A stretch of DNA of 64,000 bases, taken from the IMG/VR virus record IMGVR_UViG_3300021961_000020. One strand, written 5' to 3'. The position numbers were made by a program, and so were the translations under genes. The DNA is from a virus. Position 1 is the stretch's first letter. Each line of letters begins with the position of its first letter. Under the pieces are notes generated by a model. It did no database searches. It saw nothing but the letters and a program-made list of their open reading frames with translations, and was not told the origin of the DNA. Shown here in pieces: positions 35,442-45,249 of the stretch.

Positions 35442-37257
35442 TCTTAACAGTAATCAGTTTACCATACTCAGGAAGATACAAATACTCGATACCAGAGTTA
35501 GCAAGAGTACGCACAGCGTCGTCAAGGGTCTCAACCAAAGGTTCACCACCAAGATTGAAACTGGTGTTAAACAGAATCGGACAACCTGTAGCATCATAGA
35601 ATGCTTTGATGAGTCTGTAGTAGTTTTCATTCTGCTTTTCGGTAACAGTTTGGATTCTACATGTGCCATCAACATGAATGATAGAGGGAATCTTTTCTTC
35701 GATTCCAGGTTGACAATTCACAGCGTACATCATGTGAGGAGTCTCTTCCATTCCACGAAGATCAAACCACTCATGAACATGCTCTTGAAGCATTGATCCA
35801 GCAAACGGACGGAAGAATTCACGACGCTTAATTTTATTTACATGATCCTTACCATCAGGATCACGGGGATCATAGAGAATAGAACGGTTACCAAGAGCAC
35901 GAGGACCAGATTCAGATCTACCTTGGAATAAAGCAACAATATTTTTGTCAGTAATCAAACCAACAATATCTTCGTCCTTTGCTTCGGTAACTTCTCCACC
36001 ATACTTGTCAGCGGTATCAATGATACTATTAATATCATATGTATATTTTGGACCAAGGTATAGACTTTCTGCGTATGGTTTAATATTTGTGTCTCCAGTT
36101 GTAAAGTGATGCCAGAATAAAGCAGCACCGATAGCAGTTCCAGCATCATTACTTACTGGTTCAACATAAAGACTGATACCTTCGTCTTTTAATTCATCGA
36201 GATAATAATAATTAGCAACGCAATTTAGACCATACCCCCCAGACAAAGCAACATTTTTAATTTGGGTAAGGTTAACCGCAAACCGAATTAAATCAAGAAC
36301 CTGTTTTTGAGTTTCTTTTTGAACTTTATATGAAAGATCTTTACGATTCTGAAGTCTTACCAAATCTTTACGATCAATGTCTATTGGAGTCGCCAACTCT
36401 TTATTAAGTTGATCACAAACGAGTGCTCCATTAGGATATGTTGGAGTAATAAACTCTTGATTTACTTGTTTATAGTGAGGAAGAAACTCATTAGACTTAC
36501 CAAAAATGTCTGGGAGATTCTCATTTTCTTTTCCATAAGGGAAAAGTCCCATAGTTTTACCTGCTTCAATGGAATCAAATCCATTGTACCGCGTAACTGC
36601 CTCATAAGATTTTACAATTCCAGCAGAAGAGTCCGCAATCAGAATACAACTTGATTCATCAGAAGTATCAAACTGTTTATTATCAAATGCAGTTTCAACG
36701 AGGAGTGGTCTAAGACCATTTCCACCTAAGTGCCTATACTTTGATTCTATTTTTGCAGGATATGAGCAATTAAAAACAGTTTCTGTTTCCCAAAGTGTCA
36801 TTGGGCGACCGTCAACAGAATGACTATAAAAAGTTCCTGCACCATCAACGACTACAGAAACCGCTTTATCAAAACCAGAACGATAGAATGCACACGCAGC
36901 GTGAAGCTTGTGATGAATATTTCCAAGATCAATTACTTGGGGGTGAGTTTGAGTTTCTGGATTATAATTTACATCACTACGAATCAAACCCAACTTTCTA
37001 GCTAGTGAAGTATATGCATCTTCACCACAGTAATCTAACTTGGCAGCACTCTCTGCCAGTAGTTGAGTATGGGCAACCACTAAGTAGTCCAATTTATCAG
37101 TATATTCTTTTATTTTAAGAATGGATAAAAGAGGTGCTCCATCGTATTTCATACGAGAAAATCTTTCTTCCTCGATAGCAAATACTACTTCCCCATTTTT
37201 TAACAAGCAGACACCTGCATTATGTCCGCGAGTAATACCAGCAATCCATTGAGTCAT
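35434..37257 (-). CDS. O-carbamoyltransferase (NodU family), copy 3
   Basis: HHKLHA, DGAG, GKTMGL.PYG, GGYGLNCVAN, GPRALGNRS, FNTSFN. Confidence 0.92.
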   Translation of the reverse strand: MTQWIAGITRGHNAGVCLLKNGEVVFAIEEERFSRMKYDGAPLLSILKIKEYTDKLDYLVVAHTQLLAESAAKLDYCGEDAYTSLARKLGLIRSDVNYNPETQTHPQVIDLGNIHHKLHAACAFYRSGFDKAVSVVVDGAGTFYSHSVDGRPMTLWETETVFNCSYPAKIESKYRHLGGNGLRPLLVETAFDNKQFDTSDESSCILIADSSAGIVKSYEAVTRYNGFDSIEAGKTMGLFPYGKENENLPDIFGKSNEFLPHYKQVNQEFITPTYPNGALVCDQLNKELATPIDIDRKDLVRLQNRKDLSYKVQKETQKQVLDLIRFAVNLTQIKNVALSGGYGLNCVANYYYLDELKDEGISLYVEPVSNDAGTAIGAALFWHHFTTGDTNIKPYAESLYLGPKYTYDINSIIDTADKYGGEVTEAKDEDIVGLITDKNIVALFQGRSESGPRALGNRSILYDPRDPDGKDHVNKIKRREFFRPFAGSMLQEHVHEWFDLRGMEETPHMMYAVNCQPGIEEKIPSIIHVDGTCRIQTVTEKQNENYYRLIKAFYDATGCPILFNTSFNLGGEPLVETLDDAVRTLANSGIEYLYLPEYGKLITVKND

Positions 37258-38273
37258 TTTCCAAATCCTTTAGGTTCACAACAAGTTTTAGTATTTTTTT
37301 CTTGGTTAATATTTTCGTTGGAATATTTTTTTGGTTTTCCAAGACGCTTTCTACACGAAGCAATTACTTTTTTGATATCTTCTTCTGTCATCTCCATGCA
37401 TTCATCGTTCATCATATCTTGATAGTCTTCCATTGTCAACCTAATGGGAGAAAAAATTCTTTTCTCTGCACCAAGATCAATAATATCAAACATTGGATCG
37501 TTTGGATATGAAATATTTTCAGGATAAGTGGATCCAATTACAGCAGTGACTGTAGTACCAACTGATTTGGCAATGTGTTGACCAACGGAATCACAACCTA
37601 AGAAATGATCTGCTTGTTCAATAATGCCTGCCCAAACACGGATGTCAGCTTGAGGCCAAGCACATGGAATCTTGCTAGTATCGACATCAACTGGAAACTG
37701 AAACTCACTCATTATGACAACACCATAATCTTCTCTAAGATTATTAATAATATCTACAATATAACTTAGATGAAAACTTCTAGAAGAAGGATCAATAATA
37801 TATTCACCTTCAACTTGAACTCCTCTACCAAAAGGTTGAATAACAATTACTTTATCCTTCCCACTCTTTGCCTTTACTTCTTCAATTACATTAAGAGCAT
37901 AGATTGCTTCTGACTTGGTGATCTTAATTTTAGGTGCAGGAAGATTTCTGGGTTCTTCCAAACCGTTAATTTCTAGATCAAACGCTTGGGCGATATTACA
38001 CTTCTGATTATAATAGTGCCACTGTCTATATGGTTCAGGAGTTACACAATCTCTATTTTTAATATAGTCTTCGAAAAGATTTTTATGCCAATTATCGAAG
38101 GCATATTTATGGAGAATAGGATGACCTTTGAAGAAATTCATACCACCTTCACAGACAATGATAAAATCATCATGCTTTTCTGCATACCTTTCAAATGCAG
38201 GGATGGAACAAATTACACGACCAGCGCCACCATTAATAAAGAATGCTTTTGATCTCATGCTAATTTCAATCAA
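37254..38273 (-). CDS. Glycosyltransferase family 9 (heptosyltransferase-like)
   Basis: GGAGRVICSIPA, IQPFG, FLGCDSVGQHIA...T...GST; TAAATA at 38279-38285. Confidence 0.75.
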   Translation of the reverse strand: MIEISMRSKAFFINGGAGRVICSIPAFERYAEKHDDFIIVCEGGMNFFKGHPILHKYAFDNWHKNLFEDYIKNRDCVTPEPYRQWHYYNQKCNIAQAFDLEINGLEEPRNLPAPKIKITKSEAIYALNVIEEVKAKSGKDKVIVIQPFGRGVQVEGEYIIDPSSRSFHLSYIVDIINNLREDYGVVIMSEFQFPVDVDTSKIPCAWPQADIRVWAGIIEQADHFLGCDSVGQHIAKSVGTTVTAVIGSTYPENISYPNDPMFDIIDLGAEKRIFSPIRLTMEDYQDMMNDECMEMTEEDIKKVIASCRKRLGKPKKYSNENINQEKNTKTCCEPKGFGK

Positions 38274-38330
38274 CGAGTTATTTAGTTGGTTGCTAATACT
38301 AGATATTATAGCACAAAATCCTCAGACATA

Positions 38331-38390
38331 AAAAAAATCTGGGGAAATTTTTTCCCCAGATCTTGAAATTAAAAATCGTTTTTAATTCAA
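38331..38390 (-). terminator. Double hairpin/terminator
   Basis: ATCTGGGGAAA-TTT-TTTCCCCAGAT plus a second AT-rich stem; T-run on the minus strand; TGCTATAAT extended -10 at 38305-38313 downstream. Confidence 0.6.
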
Positions 38391-39160
38391 TCAGAGTCCA
38401 ATCCAGGTCTTTGAGGTGCAAGAGGATCAAGATCATCCAATGCCTTTCTTTCAGCAGATCTCTGATGATTGACTTTTGCCTCAGGATCAAACGGCCACTG
38501 AATTAGATAAGTGCAGTTACCAACACTTGCCCATGTCTCAGGAAGATCTCTGAGTTGTTGGCGATACTCAAGCCAAGGCTGTTTTACGGCATCAGGGATA
38601 TCAGAAGCTGCTACACGATGATCACACTCAGCAAGCATATGATTTCTAAGGTCTCTTACTAAGGTCCAAGAGAATCTCTGAGACTCTCCTTCAGGGACAT
38701 CAATATGATCGATCACCCAATCAGATCTAAACTGGGGTTGCTTCCAAGAGTTAGTGGTAACATCATATCCACAAGATCTTGGTTCAATCGCTTCAAACAA
38801 ATTATAGGGATCAGCGATATCAGCATTCGGTTCGCTATCTGGACCGACTTGTACTTCAAATCTTTCTGGAGGATACGCAGCTCCATATAGCATGCATGCA
38901 TGCAATGGATATTCTTCTGCGTCTAAGATAACCTCTACACAATCTACTGGGCAAGGAAGAAATCCATTAGGATCATTAACACCCCAGCAACCTTGAGTCC
39001 AATCATCCTCGATATATCCCGTTTCATCGGGGAGGACCCATCTTGTCTTAAGATATCTTGGTCCAATATAAGTAGCAATTCCTACTTCGAAATCATCCTG
39101 AACATCACCGCAGTATTGTTCAGGAACAGGGAATAGAAAAGTTTTTGTAATTCTAGCCAT
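38387..39160 (-). CDS. Tail fibre assembly chaperone-domain protein
   Basis: W..VR..RN.ML.E.D....SD.P....W..YRQ.LRDLP. Confidence 0.75.
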   Translation of the reverse strand: MARITKTFLFPVPEQYCGDVQDDFEVGIATYIGPRYLKTRWVLPDETGYIEDDWTQGCWGVNDPNGFLPCPVDCVEVILDAEEYPLHACMLYGAAYPPERFEVQVGPDSEPNADIADPYNLFEAIEPRSCGYDVTTNSWKQPQFRSDWVIDHIDVPEGESQRFSWTLVRDLRNHMLAECDHRVAASDIPDAVKQPWLEYRQQLRDLPETWASVGNCTYLIQWPFDPEAKVNHQRSAERKALDDLDPLAPQRPGLDSD

Positions 39161-39178
39161 TGTTGAAAACTCCTTTAA

Positions 39179-40042
39179 TTACTGCCAGTAAGATACGACT
39201 ACAAGACCAGATCCACCAAAACCACCCCAGCAGCAGCTACCGTCAGTATGAGCGGAAGATCCACCACCACCAGGGAAGAGTGCGTGTCCTCTACAGCAAC
39301 CGTGATTGTTACCAGCAGAGCAGTTATCATCCATCATACCACCCCAAGTTGCCCACGGACCTACAGCAGATCCAGCAATTGCACGGTGGTCGTTACGGCA
39401 ATAGCTGGTGTTAATTCTCATGCCATTAACACCTCTGATACCAAAGGAGCGATCTCTATTGTCAACACAGTTTGCACAAGAAGTAGTAATGATACAAGGA
39501 CCAGAACACTGTCTCATGTGAGAACATGCATAACAGTTTTGACTACAACGGTGGTGTCCCCAAGATCCGCCTTGAGCGCAGAAGTTACTCATACCACCAG
39601 CACCACCATCGTAAGGAGTTACGAAGGTTGTACATCCTTTAGCTCCGCAGCAGTTAAATCCAGTAGAATATCCGCAGCAAGAACAAGAGCTACCACCAGA
39701 ACAAATAGTATAACGACTAGATCCAGGAGTAAAATGCCCACAGTGAGAAAAGACTGTTCTTACGGCATAAGATCCAGAACCACCAGCAGGACCGCTACCA
39801 CAACAAAGTCCAGGAGATCCAGATCCTCCTGAACCAGTCAACTCAAATCGAACTGATCGAGTATTTGCGGGTACTGTCCAAAGAAGGCAACATCCTCCAG
39901 TAGCAGAATAAAAATCACTATGATATACATAAAACTGGTGAGCGACAGCTGTCGATAATCCGACTACTTCATTCGAAGTTACAGACCCAGCAATTAGCGC
40001 CTGGTTACCTTGAATCTTTTTATAACTCTGATAATTTGCCAT
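39179..40042 (-). CDS. Cys/Gly-rich fibre-associated structural protein
   Basis: MA.Y.SYKKI, W.VP.....V.FE..G.GG.G, FPGGGG, GGSGLVVVSY; TAAATA at 40076-40082. Confidence 0.65.
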   Translation of the reverse strand: MANYQSYKKIQGNQALIAGSVTSNEVVGLSTAVAHQFYVYHSDFYSATGGCCLLWTVPANTRSVRFELTGSGGSGSPGLCCGSGPAGGSGSYAVRTVFSHCGHFTPGSSRYTICSGGSSCSCCGYSTGFNCCGAKGCTTFVTPYDGGAGGMSNFCAQGGSWGHHRCSQNCYACSHMRQCSGPCIITTSCANCVDNRDRSFGIRGVNGMRINTSYCRNDHRAIAGSAVGPWATWGGMMDDNCSAGNNHGCCRGHALFPGGGGSSAHTDGSCCWGGFGGSGLVVVSYWQ

Positions 40043-40095
40043 TACCTTTAATTGTAAATGGTGGTTCGTTATTAGTATTTAGTAAAATCATAACG

Positions 40096-40120
40096 AAAAA
40101 GAGGGGAGGTTGCCCTCCCC
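40096..40120 (-). terminator. Intrinsic terminator
   Basis: GGGGAGG/CCTCCCC stem followed by TTTTT on the minus strand. Confidence 0.65.
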
Positions 40121-40127
40121 AAAAGAA

Positions 40128-43100
40128 TCAGACGGTGATGATTCTCCATCCACGAGTTGCATCATAGAAGACCAGTTCAAATGCAGCACCCTCGGTGGAT
40201 ACTGTCAGGTCAGCATTGTCGCCCATGATTGGGTTGCTATTTCTAGCGATCGTCAGGTTGGCAGTATCGAATGTCTTGTGAGTATCGAAGATTCTAACAG
40301 AGTCACCCTTGATTGGATTGCTGGGCAGAGTGATGGTGAAAGCACCACTAGAGGTATTACAGAATGCCTGCTGTCCAGGAACAAGAGTAGTACCGTTACC
40401 GCTTACATCAATGTTTTGCCACTGACCAACAGCATACCATCTGGAACCATCATAGTATTCGAATCTGTTGTAGTCATTATCGTAACGGAGACCACCTTCA
40501 AGGAGATCAACGCCAGTTGGACGAGCAGCTTGAACACCACGAGGAGGAACGAGGATACCGCTCGTGTTATCCATCTTACCGCGAGTCAGGAATCCACGAG
40601 TCGCTTTCTCAGTAGGACATGCGGTGTTAGAGTCGCCACCCAGAGTTTCATCAGAGGAGAACTCGTTAACTGCCTCACCAACCTGACCGCCGATAGCACC
40701 CAGTCTCAGTTCTGTAAGACCAGACAGGTTGAACGCGGAGGCATCCAGGGTAGCAGCACCAGTCAGCTGGTTAACCGAGAAGAATTCACCAACTCTGAAG
40801 TTACCACCTTGGTCGGTAGAAACATAGAAGATCTTACCAGAGTTTATAGTGTTAACTTCGTTACCCTGAGAAGCAGTGTTCTCGTCAACATCAGGATAGT
40901 TGGTCAGAGAAGTGTTACCAGTACCGATCAACAGGAAGTCATGACCCGTCAGACGAACCTTGGAGAACTTAGTTCTCATCAGGAACGCTTGGTTATCGAA
41001 GGATGCAGGAACAGAACCCTTACCAGGAGCAATGTTGATTGTAGCACGACCAGTTCCAGAATCGTAGTTAGATACGGTTCTGATGATGTAGGTGTTGGAG
41101 TCAGAGAATCCGAGACCAACAGTGGTGAATCCAAGAGCATCACCAACCTTAGGTGTCGTACTCAGACCAGTGATCTCGAAGAGAATGTCCTTCTGACCAG
41201 AGACGGCGGTGGAAGTAGACTTGATCTGGAAGTAACCAGTTGCACCAGCACCAACAGAATCAAGTTCAACATACTCACCAGGAACGAAGACGCTAGTACC
41301 AATACCAACAGCACCGTTAGCGCCATCGGGGTTACCGAAACCAGCGTTATACTTGAAGTAGATTTGCTCACCCGAGATCTGTTCGTTGGTTACAACAGCA
41401 CGAGCACCCGATACAGTACCACGCATGGTAGCACCAACAGTGATGTCTCCTACAGGAGTACCAACAACCAGTTCTAACTTATCACCATAGAGGCGACCAG
41501 ATCTAGCAACCTCAAGAGTAGAGAATCCAACAGCAAGAGCACCATAATCACCGTAAGAGTTGTTACCCGACAGAGAACGGATCTCAGAACCGTCATCGGA
41601 AACATAACCGAAGGCACAGTAGTAGGTGAAGCAGGATACGATCTCAGCAAGAGCGTCGTCTTCTAACCAGAATCCTACACCACCAGAGTGAATGTGGGTG
41701 AATGCGTCGAACACCATCGACTTAGCACCCGATCCTTCAGGTTTACCTTCGTGCTTACCACCTTCGATCCAGACACCGATAGCACCACCGTGACCAGTTC
41801 CATCAGTACATACATCAGAGAAAGCAGTACAGTCTTTGATGTAAGGAGAGCGGTCAAGGATAGGAGTATCAGGATTCAGTCTGAAATAGACACCAGTAGC
41901 AGTGGTTCCCAAACCAACTTTGCTCTGCCACTTATCAGTGTTGAAAGGATCGAGAGTATCATAAGAGAATCCTTGCAGACCACGGAGGGTCAGTGCCTGA
42001 ACGGTGCAAGAGTCGGAGACGAAGAACATCGTCTGACGGGAGTTGGGAGTTACACCATCAGTAGAAACACCAGCAGCAGGTTCAATGATTGTACCTCTAA
42101 GAACATCACCTGCGATGTTGAAGTTCTTAGGCAGTGTGATGGGCAGTTGCTCTCTGAATGTACCAGCAGAGAGTTTCAGGATAACAGGAGATACATCGGT
42201 AACATGACCACCGCTTACATAAGAGTGAGCAATAGTGGAGATACCAACATTGGTTACGAAGGTATCAGAGTCAATTACACTATCAACTCTAAAGAAGAAT
42301 CCTTGTGTACCATCAGGGAAGATAGTGGTGGTGACACCAGCATGTTCCGTAGCACAGGTGAAAGCAATACCACTCAGTTTTACCTGACCAGCTGCAAACA
42401 GACCGTGCCCAGCAGCAGTGATGGTAGCAATACCAGTGCTCTCATCATAGGTGAATGCGCTAATATCTCTTACTCTTTGAGCAGCAGTAGATGCATAAGA
42501 AATTGTGCCCCATGCAGACTCAGGAGTAAGTCCAACATTATCGTTATCACCTTGCTGAGCGTCAACATAGTAAACCTTGGTACGAATACCAGGATAGTTC
42601 CACTCAACTTCATCAGAAGAAGATACTCTCAGGAATGTACCTTGTGTACCAATACCCTGTCTGGTAGGACCAGTCGCGTTTCTTGTGAGGATATCGCCTT
42701 TGGTGGTCAGCAGAGCAGCACTATCACCAATGGCAAATGCTTGCCACATGGTAACAGCAGTACCAGGGGTTACATTCAGGTTAGAAGAAGCAACCGAAAC
42801 ATAAGTAGAAGAAGAATACTCGGCAAGATCACCAATTTCATAGTATGTGCCAGAATTCCAAGTGCCCTTCCAACTTTGTCCACGAGAAATAAGAGACCAT
42901 CCATTTACACCAGTATCTACAGAGGTAATAGCGAGACCAACAGGTCTGTTATTAACATCAATGAGAGTGTTGTCAGCAATATAAGTATTACCACCAAGGG
43001 TTACAGTTTCTCCTCTGGCATATGTTTGAGAAGGATCATAGACACTGGCTCCGCCAGTGCCGATACCACCCATCAACAGAGCCCACTGACTTACATTCTC

Positions 43101-43790
43101 AGCAGGAGCATCTGCATAAGGATTGGTTCCAATAGCTACATAAGAAGCACCCCTGTATTCTACGAGGTCTCCTCTTTCATATCTTGTAGTACCATCCCAC
43201 TTTAATTTATTTTCAAATCCCTTAGCAAACGGATCAAAGTTAGATGCGGGGGGATAGAATCCATCAGATCCAATACCAGTCGGATCATGAGGAGAAGTGG
43301 AGATTCCCTGCATTGAATAGTCTGCAGGGACTTGGAAAGGAGAAGTACAACGATATGTATAGGGACCGTAAGAAACTACAGCGTTGATACCGTAGTAAGT
43401 ATCTGTTGTGAACGCACCCTTGAAACTCAGACCTTCATGATAAAGATCCCAGTAAGCAGGGAAGTCGGAAGAATACCAGCTGCTTTCGATACCAATCGAA
43501 GTATGCTGAGCGGTACAGATGTAGAGGTTACCGCCTTCCTTTACGATGTCATCAAGGACATACGCTGTGCTGGGAGTCCAGTTACCAGCATTCTCCATAC
43601 CTTTTGTATGGAGCGACCAGTATGCTGCGTCGGTGGGAAATCCGTTGGAAGCAGAATCTGAAGTATGGTTGCTTGTGCAAACATATGAATTGGCACCGTA
43701 TCTAACGATGTCATCAATTACATATGCAGTAGAAGCAGCCCAGGCTCCACGCCAGTTAAATTTCAGTCTGCCAAGTCTAAATTCTGCCAT
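40128..43790 (-). CDS. Tail-fibre/structural protein with W-x-G-x-W carbohydrate-binding-type repeats and a beta-helix region
   Basis: Repeats WRGAWAASTAYVIDDIV, GNWTPSTAYVLDDIV, WKGTWNSGTYYEIGD; LKLSAG.F.E.LP...P....I.GD.LRGT.I. Confidence 0.7.
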   Translation of the reverse strand: MAEFRLGRLKFNWRGAWAASTAYVIDDIVRYGANSYVCTSNHTSDSASNGFPTDAAYWSLHTKGMENAGNWTPSTAYVLDDIVKEGGNLYICTAQHTSIGIESSWYSSDFPAYWDLYHEGLSFKGAFTTDTYYGINAVVSYGPYTYRCTSPFQVPADYSMQGISTSPHDPTGIGSDGFYPPASNFDPFAKGFENKLKWDGTTRYERGDLVEYRGASYVAIGTNPYADAPAENVSQWALLMGGIGTGGASVYDPSQTYARGETVTLGGNTYIADNTLIDVNNRPVGLAITSVDTGVNGWSLISRGQSWKGTWNSGTYYEIGDLAEYSSSTYVSVASSNLNVTPGTAVTMWQAFAIGDSAALLTTKGDILTRNATGPTRQGIGTQGTFLRVSSSDEVEWNYPGIRTKVYYVDAQQGDNDNVGLTPESAWGTISYASTAAQRVRDISAFTYDESTGIATITAAGHGLFAAGQVKLSGIAFTCATEHAGVTTTIFPDGTQGFFFRVDSVIDSDTFVTNVGISTIAHSYVSGGHVTDVSPVILKLSAGTFREQLPITLPKNFNIAGDVLRGTIIEPAAGVSTDGVTPNSRQTMFFVSDSCTVQALTLRGLQGFSYDTLDPFNTDKWQSKVGLGTTATGVYFRLNPDTPILDRSPYIKDCTAFSDVCTDGTGHGGAIGVWIEGGKHEGKPEGSGAKSMVFDAFTHIHSGGVGFWLEDDALAEIVSCFTYYCAFGYVSDDGSEIRSLSGNNSYGDYGALAVGFSTLEVARSGRLYGDKLELVVGTPVGDITVGATMRGTVSGARAVVTNEQISGEQIYFKYNAGFGNPDGANGAVGIGTSVFVPGEYVELDSVGAGATGYFQIKSTSTAVSGQKDILFEITGLSTTPKVGDALGFTTVGLGFSDSNTYIIRTVSNYDSGTGRATINIAPGKGSVPASFDNQAFLMRTKFSKVRLTGHDFLLIGTGNTSLTNYPDVDENTASQGNEVNTINSGKIFYVSTDQGGNFRVGEFFSVNQLTGAATLDASAFNLSGLTELRLGAIGGQVGEAVNEFSSDETLGGDSNTACPTEKATRGFLTRGKMDNTSGILVPPRGVQAARPTGVDLLEGGLRYDNDYNRFEYYDGSRWYAVGQWQNIDVSGNGTTLVPGQQAFCNTSSGAFTITLPSNPIKGDSVRIFDTHKTFDTANLTIARNSNPIMGDNADLTVSTEGAAFELVFYDATRGWRIITV

Positions 43791-43802
43791 TGTAGGTTCT
43801 CG

Positions 43803-44171
43803 TTAAACAGGTCCAGAGTATGAGTGGGTTCCATTGACTTGAAGGACAAAATATCCATCAGAGTCTAAGTAATAATTCAGGTTCCGCCTATCAAAGCGTA
43901 TCTGTTGATATTTATCTTGCGAGTTATTGGCAAGTGCTTTTTGTTCGGTGATCTCCTCAACATAATCATTGTAATCACCAAAGTCTTCGACCTGAGTTCC
44001 ATCAAGACGATATGCATCAAAAGTTTCTGTTGTTGATGCAGTGCTTACTTTGGTTAACCAAAGCATATCGTCTTCATCTCTTCTCAGAGCATATACAAAA
44101 TACCCAGTCGAGTCTTTAGGACTAAAGTGAGCATTGCTTAATGTGATTGCCATTAGCTGATGATTCTCCAA
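43803..44171 (-). CDS. Conserved virion structural protein
   Basis: YALRRD.D.ML, YQQ.RFD.RNL.YY.DSDGYFV. Confidence 0.65.
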   Translation of the reverse strand: MENHQLMAITLSNAHFSPKDSTGYFVYALRRDEDDMLWLTKVSTASTTETFDAYRLDGTQVEDFGDYNDYVEEITEQKALANNSQDKYQQIRFDRRNLNYYLDSDGYFVLQVNGTHSYSGPV

Positions 44172-44623
44172 TAACTACCTGTCCACAAGAACATAACAGT
44201 CACACCTGAAACATCTAAGTTCACAGGTCCGTCATCAATATTGCCAATAGCATCTTTAAATTGATGCAAGGATGAGGTCAGTATAACATTATTTATACTC
44301 CAGTTTTGTCCGCCATCTCCCAGTTCAATGCTGTCCCCAGCAGACAAATTGACGATGGGCATGGTTGCATTGATCACCCCATCAGTGGTAGTCATTAAGT
44401 AGCGTTTGTTAACAACCAACTGAGTGGTAGTAGGACCAACAACTTCAGTAAAAATGGGAGTAGCACCAGTTGCTGCTTGAGCAACGGTCTCTACTTCATT
44501 GCCAACGCGGACATAGATTTTCTGGTCAACTATATTAATAGCCATTTCACCGTCTTCCAAGTCATTAAGACCAGGAATCTGACCCTGCGTTAGACTTCGT
44601 TTTGGTTTAATGCGAGTAGGCAT
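44153..44623 (-). CDS. Fibre protein with an Mtd-N/hyaluronidase-like N-terminal domain
   Basis: IKPKRS...G.IP...L..GE.AIN..D.KIY; TAAATA at 44652-44658. Confidence 0.6.
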   Translation of the reverse strand: MPTRIKPKRSLTQGQIPGLNDLEDGEMAINIVDQKIYVRVGNEVETVAQAATGATPIFTEVVGPTTTQLVVNKRYLMTTTDGVINATMPIVNLSAGDSIELGDGGQNWSINNVILTSSLHQFKDAIGNIDDGPVNLDVSGVTVMFLWTGSYWRIIS

Positions 44624-44658
44624 TACGACAAAAAGAATTTGAGCTTCTTAGTATTTAG

Positions 44659-45249
44659 TTACTCATAAAACTCGTACAAATTAAATGCGATTGAAAACCT
44701 AGGTTCATCCGAATAATTCATACCAACTCCATGCGCAAGAGAAGCAGGAAACAAAAGCATTAATCCATCATAAGGCATGATAGAAAAGGAAGTATGTTGA
44801 ATTAAAGATAGACTATGACTATCTTGATGTTGGAAATTAATGTCTCCAGAATTTTCTGGGACATTAATATAAAGCACACCGCCAAGAATAGATCCAGGAT
44901 GAGTATGAATAGTATTGTACGATCCTTTGTAGTTTATATTAAACCACATGTTAGATAGTCTAGGAATACACTCAACACAAGCATCTTCGCTCTGTTTGTA
45001 TACATCAACTAGATCAAGTATTCTTTCGCTCATATAGTTTAATAGAGGAGCGAAAGATTCTTCCTTATAAAAATCGTCTGGACTTTGATATCCGTTTACA
45101 TTACTCCTATAGTTTTGTGGATAAACTTTTGAATAGTTTACCATCCAATCAATAAACCCATCTTTAATTTCAGAAAAGTTTTTATCATGGGATTCTGCCA
45201 TGAGGTATGGAAGAATCGTATGAGATTCTATAGTCGCATAATCAATCAT
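44659..45249 (-). CDS. 2OG-Fe(II) oxygenase-like protein (TIGR02466 type)
   Basis: MWFNIN..G.YN..HTHP.S.L.GVLY, LLFPA.L.HGV, RFSIAFN. Confidence 0.85.
   Translation of the reverse strand: MIDYATIESHTILPYLMAESHDKNFSEIKDGFIDWMVNYSKVYPQNYRSNVNGYQSPDDFYKEESFAPLLNYMSERILDLVDVYKQSEDACVECIPRLSNMWFNINYKGSYNTIHTHPGSILGGVLYINVPENSGDINFQHQDSHSLSLIQHTSFSIMPYDGLMLLFPASLAHGVGMNYSDEPRFSIAFNLYEFYE

Noticed and set aside
40110-43205. 455-aa and 505-aa + strand ORFs antisense to the 1220-aa fibre gene
   Set aside because: Ser/Thr/Arg-rich shadow frames of an RNY-biased structural gene; no RBS, promoter or domain evidence
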